Source of the DNA: Raillietiella orientalis
Lineage: Eukaryota
Assembly (NCBI GenBank): GCA_036172245.1
Contig: JAYWIR010000016.1
Coordinates: forward strand, 2,170,001-2,234,000
Length of the DNA: 64,000 nucleotides
Direction of reading: 5' to 3'
Shown: one piece after another, positions 38,100-52,867 of the stretch
Layout: each line of letters opens with the position of its first letter
Numbering within the stretch: position 1 is the stretch's first letter
The notes under the pieces: model-generated
What the model saw: only the letters and a program-made list of their open reading frames with translations
Databases searched by the model: none
Told to the model about the DNA's origin: nothing
Translations under genes and position numbers: made by a program

Positions 38100-38700
38100 A
38101 GTATTAATGATTTTCGGAGGAAATGGGAGGAAAAGAAGCTAACAAGGGAGAGAGTGGACCTGCCAGTCATTGATTCCATGCCCGATCAAGGCCTAAAACA
38201 TGGGTGAAGTCTTGCATTCTGGACGATTCCACAACGTATCGATACTTCCTGATTCCAGACTGCAATATACAGGAAGTTCAAGAGTTTTTTTTTTTTTTAT
38301 CAGCTTTTTTTCAGGAGGAAACCAAAGGACACTCTTATTCGCTGCTAAGAAAGAACAGTGCAAGCTTTTTGCAGCCCACTGTTTCTAAATTGAAGCTGGA
38401 AGGTAGGCACCATCGAGACACAGAGTATCTATAAGTATCTATAATTAGGGCCATCTGAAACATGATTTGAATCGTCATGAGTTGTCGTATCAAGAGGCTC
38501 ATCTTTGTTCCTAGTGTGGCTGAGGTCTGACTCACCAATTCTTTCAGGTTGACTTTCGATTTTGCGTTCTCCCATAAGAATTCCCAAACCGCCTATGTAC
38601 ATTTTTTCCATCTTTTGACGAAACCTGCCCAATACCTATCCCATAGATTTAAAGCATCACAGTCAAGTGAATTTATGATGCACTGTAATATTTACCCCTC
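38100..38700. mobile_element. Possible very old LINE fragments
   Basis: Plus strand ETKGHSYSL/KEQCKL (frameshifted) resembles the CR1/L2 ORF2 end TRGHSxKL.KExCRL. Minus strand VWEFLWENAKSKVNLKEL resembles the L1/Tx1 FxFLW..K..+ segment. Short motifs only. Confidence 0.2.
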
Positions 38701-39291
38701 AGCAGGTTTCATTTTTCCAAATATTGCAAGTTTTTAATTTGATAAAGTATCTTTGAAAGTTGATTTTTCTGGTATTTAATAAATGGTTTTTAGCCTCAAA
38801 TTTCTCTATATTAAGATTTTATAAATATCGGAAAATCAACAGGACACGGAACAGATAATTCATAGTTACAGTTAGATAATGTTATTTGCTTCTTGGAAGT
38901 GCTTTACATTTAAACAGAATGACAACTTCGAAGTTGTAAAAATATCAAAGTACACAAAAAGACATAACACCTAATAAACATGATCTTTAAATTTGCAAAT
39001 AAATGCAATAAATGCAATAGTTTTACGTCTTATACCTGTAATTTATATTTTTGCACAGCACAAGCACATTGATGAGCAAATGAATACATGCATTCTTATA
39101 CATATGTGACACATGATCTAATTAGGATAGGTTTATAAAACAGAGCATGTGAATGTAGTACCGATATAACTATTTAAAATCTTTTTAATGTGGGTTTTTA
39201 ATAATGTAATGTCATGCTATTTTGAAATAGTTAGTATTCTCGACTTTATGCATTATGGGTATCCCTGCACATATTGAAGCGATGTATGCAA

Positions 39292-39302
39292 CTTCCTTTC
39301 TT
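39292..39302 (+). promoter_or_regulatory. TCT initiator / 5'TOP pyrimidine tract of RPS11
   Basis: cttcctttctt fits YYC(+1)TTTYY and ends about 10 nt upstream of the RPS11 ATG, as is typical of ribosomal protein genes. Confidence 0.75.
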
Positions 39303-39312
39303 GTAATACATC

Positions 39313-40260
<948 letters not shown>

Positions 40261-43025
40261 ATAAACTTTAGATAAAAGTTTGTGAATCGGATTTCAAATT
40301 AGTTGCTTTTAAGATCTCATTTCAGATAGTTCTGGATTTTAACTCACAAAATCTTCATTTTCTTGTCTTTAATTAGATTGTTTACAAATAGTCATTAGTC
40401 TTCATTTCATTACAGATGTGACATCATAGTGACATAGCTGTTTTACATTAATCAGCTATTAAGTGGTGCATGTTTCAGTCATGCTTATCAAAACATGAAT
40501 TTTTTGTCGGTTTCGAGAAAACCTATAAAAGATTCATGAGGTGACAGTGTGGGAGTTTGCACTGATTTTTCAGTTGGTGCTTTTGCCAACTGTCAGTTTG
40601 AATGGATCTCCAAAATGAGGATCAGCCATGTTCTCCAGATACCATGCTCATCAAAAGTGAATAGAATAAAGGATGAACCAAAAAAGTCTGGGATGCTTTT
40701 GGACATTTGGTGTTATTTAAAGAGATGCTTTGGTTTGCTTTTGAATTCATGGATGTTCCAGTTTCAAAGCACAGTGAAATATAGGTCAGCTGCCAGCCTA
40801 TCCAAAGGTGAAAAGTGCCTGTCGATCACTTTCTTTATTCTGAAATCTTGAGCTATGGCCATCTCCGTATGATGTCACGAAGAACAATTTGCAGAATCTC
40901 AAGACTTGTATTTCCACGTGTGGGAGTGAAAAGGAATAGTAAAATGGAAGTAGTGTTTTCAGTACAATTGACAGGATTACCGTGGCAACGTGCATCGTAG
41001 GCAAGGCTTTCGTAGGCGAGTTCCTGCGGGCTCGAATTCACGTGCACGTTTGGCTTGACGCATGTTGTTTTGGCACCTGTGAAGAAACCATGCAAAGAAA
41101 AGAAAAAAGAAACACACGGAAACATGCTCTGTGAAAACCGGTATGCATTCAAGCCGGTACTGCTCGTTAAACACCACGGGAAGAAATACGCGTTCGTTAT
41201 CGTCATTTTGTGGGAGCCTGCGAGACTTTGAAGACGTGATCTCCAACCCATTCACCCTCGCTGCTCCTACTTTGGCTCCTCTCAGAACTGTTTCCTGCCC
41301 ACTGCACGCCAAGAGCGTGAGCCGCGCAAAGCGCCAAACCCGGGAGCTCACCGAATCCTTTGGACCTTTTTTTTAAAAAAAAAAAAAAATCCTTCGGACC
41401 GGCGACGACTGGCGCCGGTCCAAAGGATGCTTGCTCCTGGGATTCCCTTGTGGGAGCGCGCTCAGACCAGCACAAAAGCGACGGTTCCACATGGTCAACC
41501 GTTGGCGTGTCACTTAGTGAGGAAGCAAAGGTGCAGTTTTTCCCGCGGCAGGCGAGCGACGGTTGCTGGGAAAAGTGTCCGGATCTACTGTTTCGCGAGC
41601 TGGGGTTGTCGGGCCGACGAGTCTGTAAGAAAAGGTGTCCCGTCTTCGTTCCCTCAGATGCGTCCACGCAAGGGGGACGTGGACGCAGCACCCGACCGTT
41701 CCCACATACCTACGGTGGCGAAGAATAGGGGGCGAATCTTCACGGTTTTGCGCGCAGGGAGTTGAGAGAAGCGTCAACGTGAGGACGCGTCGCGGATCCA
41801 TGCCAGCGGCTGAGAAGGTTCGGCGGGCCGCGCGGTCCACAGAGCTTGGGACACAACCAGGGCGGAGCTCGGCACAAACCGCAGCGGTGGGTGCGGGACT
41901 CGGAAAGGAAACCTCCCCCTTCCCTCCCCCCTCACCTCAGGCTGCTAGAAGGACAGGAAGAGCAGGAGGGGAAGCGAGTTGCGTCCCCTACTGCTCTTCG
42001 CATTCCAGAAAGGGGAGCTGCGCCTTTATCAACAGCGTTCCAGCGCTCCTCAGAGAGAGCTCTCCCTTGCCCGGTGCGCCGGTAGCGCATGGCTTCTCAG
42101 TTATCGGCGTAGTCACCAGCGCCAACGGAAGGCGTGCAGTCCGGAAAGGCGGGAAAAGGTCCAGACCTCCTCCTTCATCCCTCCCCTTCACGAGCGCTCG
42201 CATGGCATGTGGGCACCAGCGAGGGGACAGCTGCAGCGTTCCGCTGCTATCCCTCCGGATGGAGCGCGCTTCTGTTCTCCCGGCACGATGCAGGCCTCTT
42301 GTTCCGTCTCCCGGAAACCAATCAGACAGGACCACCAAGGTGAGCGAAGACGGAGCTGCGCCGGGAGACTCGTCCACGGCAAAAGACCGCTCCCGTGCGA
42401 GGGCAGGGGCGGCAGCGCGCCCACGGCCGTCGGGGATCGTGAGGCTTTGCCGAGGCTCCGGCAGCCAGTTGCCTGCGCCTACTACTGTAGGGAACTCATG
42501 TACGCGCAAAGGCGCCACCTCCTGGGTGCGTGGAACACCGGAAACAGGAGGAGTCCTGGATGGGAATGGAAAAGCATCCCTCCCCATTCGGGACAATAGC
42601 GAGCCGTTCGGATGTTCGAAAAGCCTTGCGGGAACGGGAAGGCGGGAAAACCCGACGCTGTCTTTCGATCCTTCTGATGTCGCCGGGTGGAAGAAAAGAA
42701 AAAAAACGCCGAGTATCCAAAGAAGCTGAAGCGGGGGGTCTCGGCAGGGCGCGGAAAATTCTGGGGAGCGGGAGGGAGACACGCAAGAAGCAGCCACGCT
42801 CCTCGTTTTGTTCCGTTTCTGGGAGTCCTTGTGGAAGCCACTCTGGCTGGGAAAGGCCTCTCCCAGCGCTGTCGGGCTCGCACTCGAAACTTTCCCCTCT
42901 TTCACAGTTCCCGACCGTGGGTTGCCTCGACAGTCGAAGCACTGGCGTCGAGGTGCTTCTGCTGAACTGCAGCACCCTTCCGGCATGGGCGAAGTCCACT
43001 CGTTGAAACGCTTGAGGAAGTTCCT

Positions 43026-43500
43026 GAGGAGGACGAGAGATGCTTCACGCTGCACCATCCCCGCCGCGGATCCAAGGCCTCCAGGGCTGGCGTGACTGCT
43101 GGGCTGGCGTGTCTTTCGGTTGCCTCGAGAGGACGGACAGAATAAACGACGGTGCTCCTTTTTCTTCCCGCAAAGGGAAGAAGATACCCGAGAGATACAG
43201 ACGGGGACGGACAAGCGGGGGTTTCTGGTCGAGGCCGCACTCGTGGGCCAACGCGGATGCTGGAAAAAGTGGCATGGATGGTGCCGGTCATGGGTCACGC
43301 TCGTTCATCCCTCGTTGTCCGACCTGGAAGGTGCGACTCCGGACGGAGGAAGGGGGAACCTCGTCGAGGAAGCGTCCGGAGGATTTTTTCGTGGGAAGGC
43401 AAGAGGTGATCCCATCGGGTGCCACTTGCGCCTTCGGGCCGCGAAGTCAGCGGAAGTGCCATCGTCTGCATAGAGGCGAGTCTGCGAGGGCATCAACGAG
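43026..43500 (+). repeat. 475-bp inverted repeat, left arm
   Basis: Reverse complement of 47864-48338; 4 mismatches seen by eye (43110, 43439, 43481, 43493). Confidence 0.95.
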
Positions 43501-46500
43501 CGAAGGTTACAGCGGCTTTTTGTCACGTCTCACGCCCCCAGGCCTTTCCCCTGCATCCCGACCAGTTTGTTCTGGAAAGGGATTGCCGCGACAGTACCTG
43601 GGAGCGGCACGAGATGCCGACTGTGAGCCGCGCGACACACCGCGCCGCTTGCAATGCCGCGGCAGGCACGCCCTTTGTCAGCCACGCTTGCGTGCGCACG
43701 CACACACCAGAGATCCGGAAGCCGGATTCACGGTCTCATGCCGGTATCCCGGAGAGGATGGGAGGAGGAAGTGTCTCCCGTCCGACAAAGAAGCTTCCAA
43801 TGGCGCCGCGAACCCATCCGGATACCGCCGTGCTGAGCGCCGGAGCCCGATCGTTGCATGCGGATGCGCCGCCGCTGCAGCGTGGCAGCACCTCTCCTCG
43901 GAACGGCAGCAGGAGGCGCGCTCCGTTCCCGTCACAAAATCAATCCTTTGTCACGGAAGTCCCGGAATTCGATCACGCACGGGGCTCGGTGGAGGGAAAC
44001 TCTCCAGAGCGGCGGCGAGGATCGAGGAAAGGCACCTTCGACGTGCCCCAGCGGACGAGGGGAAGGCGAAGTGTGCGGACATCCGCACTGGAGCTGCAGG
44101 GAAGACCCCCTCTCGCGTTCAGACTGGGTCCAAGGGAGATGACGCGCGCGTGCGCGAGGGGGGGAAGGGAGGGGTTCTCCCGCTGACGTTGCTGCGGCAG
44201 TGAAACTCCACTGAGGAGCGCTCGGCACTTGGATGCGGAGCCAAGGAGATCCCGAACACGCGAACCTGCGGGATGGCGGTGGCTCGGTCATCGCTGCACA
44301 AAAGGGAAGGCACCCGACGATCTCTCCGAAAGCGCAGCTTGCCTGGCATCCGACCGGCGGGGCTCCGACCTCGGAGAACTCTTCCGCAAGGCTGCGTCGG
44401 TGCAAGAAGGAATTTCGGACGGAGGGAAAGGAAATGAGGCTGCTCTCTCGAGCGCTCGCTCTTCGGCTGAAGTGAAAGCAGCCCGGCCGGTGAGGAAGTA
44501 AGCCGGAATCTCCATCCTGCTTCCTTTCTTTTTTGGAAGCGGGATCCCGCGGTCTGGAGGGAACCCCGCTTCTGATCCCGAAGCTCGATCTCGCGGGTGA
44601 GAGAACGGCACGAACACGAAGGCTCCGCCATGGGCCGTGAATTCCTCGAAAGGTCTTGGAAGCTTCCTCGGAGACACGGGGATCTTCACGTGGATGACCC
44701 CCCTTGACCCTTCGCACTTCTTACCCCTACTCCGCCCGCCAACACGATCCAGCAGGAAGGCAAGCCGAGACTCCGAACCAGGCTGCTCGGGCGCGCTCCA
44801 CCAGGAGGTCTGGGACGAACAGGAATCGGAGGCAAAAGCCTTCCACCAGAGTTAACCAGTTAACACTTGTCTTCCCTCCCGCGCCGTGGCCGTAGCCGTT
44901 CTCGTCGGGAGGGAAGGTGTCCCGACGCCGACGCAACCGAGGCCGCCACCCTCCCATTAAAGTGTCAGGAGCCAGCGTTGATGCTGCTGCACTGGGGTCT
45001 CTCGTGCCACGCCCCCCGGCATCACTGGACACGGGAGGTGGGGGCTGGATCCGAACTGGGCCAGGTGCGGGGAGCGCGAATCCCTCCCCCACCTGCTTGT
45101 GGCACCTGTGTTGTCCTCCGGCCCCTCTGGAAACGCTTCTCCACGGCCCCAGAAACCCCGGCGGCAACTCCAAGAACGCTTCAAGACCCCTCCTCCTACG
45201 AGACGCCCTTCGGCCGGCAGCCTTGCTAGCAGCGCTCTGCTGCCTGCGCGGGATTGTGGCGGCCTGGAGCGACGCGAGAGGAGCACGGAGCGACAGGGGT
45301 GCCACATTCACTTTGCCGTCCGCTTCATGAGGATGGCAACAAGATGACCCCCCACTTGGAAAACAGCATGCAGCAAGAGCTTGCCGGCATCCTTCAAAGG
45401 ATGGAGAAGACCGCCCTCGGCAGGATGTGATCCCTTCATGCACCCCCGCAAAGTTTTTTTATTTTATTTTTTATCTTTGTTTCTTTTTCTTTTTTGTTTG
45501 CCCCCTCCCCTCTGCTGCCGTGGCGGCAGAGGGGAGATTTTATTTTTATATGAAATAAACGCCCCAGAGCACCCGGGTGATCATGCACAGCAGCATTCGA
45601 CCCTACGGAGTTTCGCAGACGAGGATCCGCGCGCTTGCCATCATTCCGTGCAGACAGATGAGCATCCAGAGCAAGGGCGACCCGGAGAATTCTTTTGTGA
45701 GGGAAGGGGAGGGGGATTCCAAGTTGCTCCTGAAAGTCCAGAGAGGACAAAAGCTGCATTCAGCTTGTTATTACCGTCAGGCACTCTTTCCCGTTTGTCA
45801 GGCTCATTCCCGCTAGGAACCTAGATTCAAATCGTATCTCTTCACCCCCCTTCCCTATTGAATCGGCTTCTTGACCAAGCACCACGGTACTCAGAAAAAA
45901 TAAATCACTCGACGAGGATCCGCGGGTCATTATCGCGGAGGAACCACATGATCTATTCCTTTGCTCTTCCCCATCATTACTAAGCTGATAGTACGAATGG
46001 GAGCATAAAGCCTATAATCCTCCTGGAAAACGCCAAAGTCCTAATGAATACGCCCCTTTCTTCCTCTCTCCGTTTCAAATAAGCTTCATGCGAACGTATA
46101 GGGGTAAGGGTTAAGCTAAGACAGAACAGGAGCTGCCATTCTCGTTCTCAGTGCGCTTGCAGTTCTCAGTGCGAACAGGAACGCTGCTTTTGGAAAGTTT
46201 GACGTTTCCAATCAACACAGCCTGAGGGGCAAGGGCAACGCAGCCTGGGGACAGGTTCCGAAGATGAGGCTACTTGAGATGCTGGGTGCTCTCGGACCCT
46301 TCTCAGTGCGGTCTTGAGCGCCTTCTTCGAGACCGAGCGCGGTACCTCAGGATCTCATGACGAGGGGGTCATCACACAGCGCACGAGGTCAGAGAGCGCT
46401 TTTAGTCCCAATGGTGCGTCCAGGAAAGGCGTGTGTGTTCAGTGGGAGCCAAACCCATCAGGATAAGAATCGGAGTCCTGTAAATAGGGTAGCAATGTGG

Positions 46501-47696
46501 AAGGAAACCAAAACGTTGAAGCCTGCCGACGGCATCATCGCAGGGTGAATTATTAGGCCGTAGCGAAAGCGAACACATAGGTGGCCTCGATAACTTAATA
46601 ACCAAAGGCCGAACCCTCCCGAATAGGGTGGAGACGGCTGAAGTTCGAATGATACGGCAGATCTGCTTTGGCTCCCTGCTGTAGCCGGGAAAAAGCTGGA
46701 GAGAATGAGGAGGGGACGGGAGAAAAGGAGGAGGGCAGTTTCTGGTCCAGGCATCTGAAATCAGCGCAACCCGACACGCGTCGACGCGAAAAACTTGGAA
46801 ATGACAGTGCATACGAATTTTGTTGTTGTGAAGGTCGATGGCGTGGAGCCAGTCGACGAGAAATCTTCAGGTCTGAAGCCCTCAGCTTGGAGTGGATCTT
46901 TCGGACTCTGTGAGTCATGAGTTCATCGAGAGGCGGCCCTCGGGTGCCCCCAAACCGAAAAGACTACTTGAAAATTCAAGGATGCGCCGATTTTTGAAAA
47001 GACTGGAGGAGTGACAGAAAAGGGGAAAACAGGAACCGGAAGGAAAGGAAAAAAAAAAAAAAAAGAAGTTGGAGAAAGCGAAAGCGCAGTACAAAGTAAA
47101 TTTTCATCCGGTTGGAAAATGAATCCTAGAAAGTGAACGCATCAAAGGTCTGCGAAGCATCGGAAGAGAAACACCGTTAGCCATTTTCGAAACGGATCCC
47201 ACGATGAGGATCTCGAACGGCAATCCCCCACGAAGTCAGGAGTGAGAGAATCCCCGAGCCAGGATTGCAAGGAAGCTAACAGATCTCGATTTCATAGAAC
47301 ATACGCGTAAGCAGACCTGAAGGATATCGAAATGTTCGTGCCTTTCACACTCGTATAATAAGCACGACAAACTCCAGGAGTTGGCCTCTCCGGCAAAATG
47401 AACGCGATAAAAACTGCTCAGAACTCAAACTCCTGGCTGCTCCGACCTGACTGCATTTTCCTTTGTGTCTGAGCAGCCCGGAAACGCTCATTTTTCCGAC
47501 GGTTTTTTCGAGCTCACAATTCGCATGCAGCTTTCCCTTAGCTCACATCTGATTCGTGCATGGATCCCCCTAGTAACAGACTCATTACCAACAACCGCAA
47601 TCATTCTTCTCACCTAGAAAAAAGTAACCTGTCAGATCCCTCCCTCCCTCCAGGCAGAATTTTCGTAATGCTTTAGTTTAACCGTCACTGTTCCTT

Positions 47697-47709
47697 CCCC
47701 CCCCCCCAA

Positions 47710-47740
<31 letters not shown>

Positions 47741-47750
47741 CACACACACA
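47697..47750. repeat. Compound poly(C)-poly(A)-(CA)n microsatellite
   Basis: Read directly. Confidence 0.9.
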
Positions 47751-47863
47751 TTGTGATTTCCATCGGATGACTTGGGAAGGTACTGTTGTTGTCTTAGCAA
47801 GGACATTCCTTTCCTTCCTTGCTCTAATTAGGTCCTCTCTCAGCTCACGGCTTCAACTTAAAT

Positions 47864-48338
47864 CTCGTTGGTGCCCTCGCAGGCTCGCCTCTATGCAGAC
47901 GATGGCACTTCCGCTGACTTCGCTGCCCGAAGGCGCAAGTGGCACCCGATGGGATCACCTCTTGCCTTCCCACGAAAAAATCCTCCGGACGCTTCCTCGA
48001 CGAGGTTCCCCCTTCCTCCGTCCGGAGTCGCACCTTCCAGGTCGGACAACGAGGGATGAACGAGCGTGACCCATGACCGGCACCATCCATGCCACTTTTT
48101 CCAGCATCCGCGTTGGCCCACGAGTGCGGCCTCGACCAGAAACCCCCGCTTGTCCGTCCCCGTCTGTATCTCTCGGGTATCTTCTTCCCTTTGCGGGAAG
48201 AAAAAGGAGCACCGTCGTTTATTCTGTCCGTCCTCTCGAGGCAACCGAAAGACGCGCCAGCCCAGCAGTCACGCCAGCCCTGGAGGCCTTGGATCCGCGG
48301 CGGGGATGGTGCAGCGTGAAGCATCTCTCGTCCTCCTC
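47864..48338 (-). repeat. 475-bp inverted repeat, right arm
   Basis: Reverse complement of 43026-43500; mirrored ORFs appear in the ORF track. Confidence 0.95.
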
Positions 48339-50112
48339 GTGGAATGGCACTTCCTCAACTCCCCCAAAACTTCGGCAGTCCTGTCGCATTTTTAGAGCCT
48401 ATTACTCTAGCGTGAGGCATATTAAGACCCTGGATTTTCAGCTAAAGTGCTCTGATTAACAGCCAACTACCTGAATGCACTGAGCACTTGTTCTCAGCCA
48501 AAGAGTGTACGAGATTCTGGTACACATGCCAGAGCAAAAGGGTGCCTCATTTCACCAACAGATCTGTTTCTTTCGATCGCCACTTCGAGCTTGATTGGTG
48601 GCGGTTCATATTTGAAGACGTCGACACTGAACCTTTTGTTCACTGTTGACGCCTGACGGCTTTCGTAGCAACTGTTCCTCCAGCATCCTCTCTCCGCTTT
48701 GTTTGTTTGCACGCACCACTAGCTGCCACTTCCGTTTTCGTCTCCAGCTTCCTTTCACGTACCGTACGGGAGGATGCCTAGTCTTAGAACTCCACACCTT
48801 ACTCCGGCCAGAGCATTCTTTCTACCATAATCAGGACGGTTGCCACGATTTCCCAGTTGTCGACAGTCGGTTTGGCCGCTTTTCTTTTTTTTTTTGTTCT
48901 CGCCCGTCCCGTGCACCGCGCGTGTGTACTTCCGTGACGTACGGTCGCAAGCCTGCTGCCTGATCCCGTGTACACACACACCGCTCGCTCTGGAGCACCT
49001 GCGCTTGCAGGGGCTCCGTTGGAATGCAACCGCCCAAAGGGGACGAACAAACCGGGGATCCGCGTTCACGGGCGAGTGGACGGCGTCCATCTGGAGCGCG
49101 CGTTGAGCATCGGCGGCCAGACCCAACGGACGGACCGTCGATCGATTCGTCTGCGAGTTGGCAACGTTTCCGGTCCGTACACACCCTCCGAGACGTTTCC
49201 GTCCTCTTCCACGGAACTTCTCCTACGCCCAAAGATCGCAGGGCTTTTCGAGCCTTAGCACGGGGCGTGGGAACGGGGCTTTACTTGTACCACCGCGACG
49301 ATCGGGATTCCTGTACGGGAGAGCGCACGCTGTACACAGGAGACCGTGTCGCAGGTCGCCATCATCTCTCAGGCTAACCCGACAGGTTGCCACGCAACGG
49401 TCCGGGAGTTTTTTCCCGCCCGCTGCCGCTACGCTCGGGAGTGGACAAGAGTACGAACGAGAAATGTGTACGAGACAGGAGCAGGGGTACGCATTCCTGG
49501 ACGAACAATGCTGCCGGGAATCGTTCGTTTTGTACATCGTCCGAAAGCAGGCAGACAGCTTTGCCTCGTTCTCCGGTGAACAAGGAAATGTGGGGACGGT
49601 TGCAAACGTATGCTGCGATAAACTTCCCAATGTTTGTTTATCAGCGATCATTTATGGCAACTCGAATTTCATGGAGGAGTAACTCGATAGACGCATTTCG
49701 AATTCCCTCACATAACGGAAAACACCGGAATTTCAATTCTGATGCTTTTACACAGCTTGAAAAGTTCAGTGAAAGATACAATGCACCATGCGTGATGATG
49801 TTGTAAATAATAAGATGAAACTGTAGGATATGGCACATTGGTTTCTAACCATCCGTTCTATTAAATTTAATCAATTTGACTGCTAACTAATAATTACTTT
49901 TATTTTCTTTGAAAAATACAACAACTTTTTTTGGAATGATCTTCACTTTATCACAACTGAGCAAGGCTACATGGGGCATACAAGATTGAAATTGATTAAC
50001 AGTCTACAGCAGCGCTCTCCTTTTGACTAGCATGAAATTTGGAACCAAATGGTAGTGGGCAACTATTTAGATTCCATTGTGGCAATCTTCAAATCACTTA
50101 ATTCACTTTTGT

Positions 50113-52867
50113 TCAGTCCAAAGCTTCCAAAAGTATTAGCAGTTCTCGAAACATATTTCCTAAGCGCCCTTGCAATGTCTGGCGCTTTAGAATAAAGGCA
50201 CGAATGGATAGCAAGTGATTGTAACAACTAACACACTTTTTATATCTGGACGGAAAATGAGTAACGCAGTTGTGGGGGCAACAAACTTACCGTTCTTCTC
50301 TGCACAAATCTACCCCCACTGTCTGAATGGGGCTCACAATATTGCTTTTGATCACAGAAGAAAAATTACACAATATTAACTTCAATGCATCACAACCAAC
50401 TGCTATATAGCTGCCAAAAAAAACACATCATGAGGTCCAATTAGATGTACCTGTACCTTTCATATCGACTTTGCAAAAGCAGCAAAATAGATGGTAACAG
50501 CGTGCGACACATATCCAAGTTCCAAACTGAACTACGTACGCAAAAAAGGGGTAAAATGAGTGATCTGAATACTTACGGACGGCATATAAATACACTTAAC
50601 AAGTCCACAATCAGTGAATGATCATCACGTTCAACAATGTAGTCAATAGCAGCCTAAATTAAATGGTGTGAGCTGAATATACGCGAACCTGGAATACGCT
50701 TTTACCTTAGCATCCTTTCTAGCCCATAAATTGTGAGCAACCTGAAAGCATTGCCTTCTGGCTGTAAGAATACGTAACATTGATGTATGTTTACTCATAA
50801 TAAGGGTCAGAGTCTCTGCTTCAGACATGCTGGATTTGGCTTTGCCAGATATATTTTTCTGCAAGTTCTTCTGCAGAAAATGTCAAATTAAAACAAAAAA
50901 CATCTATGCAACATGAACTTACCGGAAGAAATTCTTCTATTTCCAATTCAACAGGTTTTGTACTTTGCATAGGAATAATGGAAACCTCAGAATCATTTTT
51001 ATCTAATCCATTCACAGATTTGCTTGCAGGATGCAAGTTTTGCTCAACATGCATTCCTACTTCTGACATGCCAAGATGGAGCAGTTGCTGATTAATGGAA
51101 TGAACCGACAGTCTAATATATAAACACTTGCATATTGAAAATGGATTTTTTATGCATACCTTGATTCTAAAGATGTTCTGATTTCTGAATGGGAACGTGC
51201 ATGCTGCAGCGATAGCCTAAGGCAGTCTGCTTTCTTATTTTGTAGTACAGGCTTCAAAGAGTCATCTGATGGATAGCAATATGTGTATGTCTGAGGCAGA
51301 TCTTTGGAAGGAGGACTCGTGGATAACTGGTTACTTGATTCTGGATGAGCACAGTAGATTTCAGCGTGATTAGAAAAACCTAACCTTCTTCTAAAGAAAG
51401 TGGAAAAGGATCTCGAAGAGGAGGTGTGTGTCTCACTTGAAAGAAAATTGGGTAATCATGTTCTAATCGTCAAAACCCTTACAAGATCTGTTTCTGGGAT
51501 GAAACACGGCTTCATAGTCGTCACCATCATAGATACTGGTAAGCTGCATACATTCTGCATCAACATCTGTAAGGACTGAACCTACACGCTCGTTGCGATG
51601 TTTGCTACTGGAGTAAAACTAACACATTCAAAAAATTTCTTACCTGATAATGGGTGGCCGGCAAGAATGCATAAAACTCCTCCGTACAGACTGGCCTGGG
51701 CAAAAGGTTTTTTCAAAGGATTTCAATTTATTTAAATTTACAACATACAATGCTACACTTGATAAGTAGCTGCTGGCTGCTATCTACGAAAATTATTGGT
51801 ACAACTAAGTAGGAAAAAAAAATACCAACCAACTGATTCTGTGCAATTGCCATGTCTTGAAGTTTACCCCATCCTGTTATGAATGTATCTATTACCCGGC
51901 CAGGCTCCCAAACCAGTAACTTTAGGAAACCTTGACATCCCCCATAAAGGCTTTTTCCATTACTACTAAAAAGCAAGCACCTGAATAAAACAACCGATAA
52001 AACAATTAACCATCTCAAGGTGAGACATCTACCGCAATGCTGAGCACTCTACATCTATGGAAGAAACAATTTGGAAGTTTTCAAGATCCCAGAATAAAAC
52101 ACGAGAATCTGTAGAACCACTAGCTAAGAGGAAATCTTCTGGATGAAAGCAAACATCCATAACTGCACTGGTATGTTGACGATACTCTGTTAACATGCGT
52201 CCTGCTTTCAGGTCCCAAAGACGTACAGCAGCATCATCTCCTCCTGAGCCAATCCACTGGCCATCAGGACTGAACTTTAATGCATTAACAGCTAAATCAT
52301 GTCCTTTATACGTAAAAATGCATCCTTTTCTACGAATGTCCCACAACTGCATCACCATATTTTGGTTTGGTCAAAACAACCCACCTTAATGTGTGTGTCA
52401 ATTGATCCTGAGGCAATGAAATGGCCATATGGATGGAAATCAATGCAGCTTATGCTTTCTTTGTGTCCTGTTAATGTGCGTATTAATTTTGAAGCTTCCA
52501 GGTCCCAGATTTTAAGAGCACCACAAATAGAACCTGCACATACTTGATCTTCTGCATGTCCAAACTGTACACACATTACAGAGGTGCTGTAGCCGGATAA
52601 ACTCTAGACGAGATCAGAAATAATTCTGGCAAACACACAAAATTTTTTTTTACCATAATACAGTTAGGTTTTCCTACAGCCCATAAATTCACCTTCTTAT
52701 CATCTCCACCAGTGACCAACACACGACCGGATTTTTTCCCAAGAGCAAGACATTTGACATCTGCACTGTGTGCAACAAATTCTTCTAAATAAGAAATGGA
52801 TAACTTAAAGAGAAAAACACATTTGTTACTCACGTAATTTCCACGAATACTTTGAGGATGTAGACAT
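50113..52867 (-). CDS. KATNB1: Katanin p80 WD40 repeat-containing subunit B1, multi-exon
   Basis: [17 protein letters not shown]...[34 protein letters not shown]...DFHPYG...[11 protein letters not shown]...FSPDG.W...WDLENFQ...WEP...WGKLQD. The C-terminal con80 region reads WNLD.C..LLP.I..LLQSRYESY...GVDLCAEER..KC. Stop TGA at 50115-50113. Confidence 0.96.

Noticed and set aside
41203..45830. ORFs of 250-436 aa (41635-42729, 41988-43298, 43040-44203) as intact genes
   Set aside because: Mutually overlapping on both strands with shadow-ORF composition and no recognisable domain.
43026..48338. Mutator/foldback DNA transposon with long TIRs
   Set aside because: Flanks (gaagttcct / gtggaatgg) are not a TSD and no transposase motifs are seen in the spacer.
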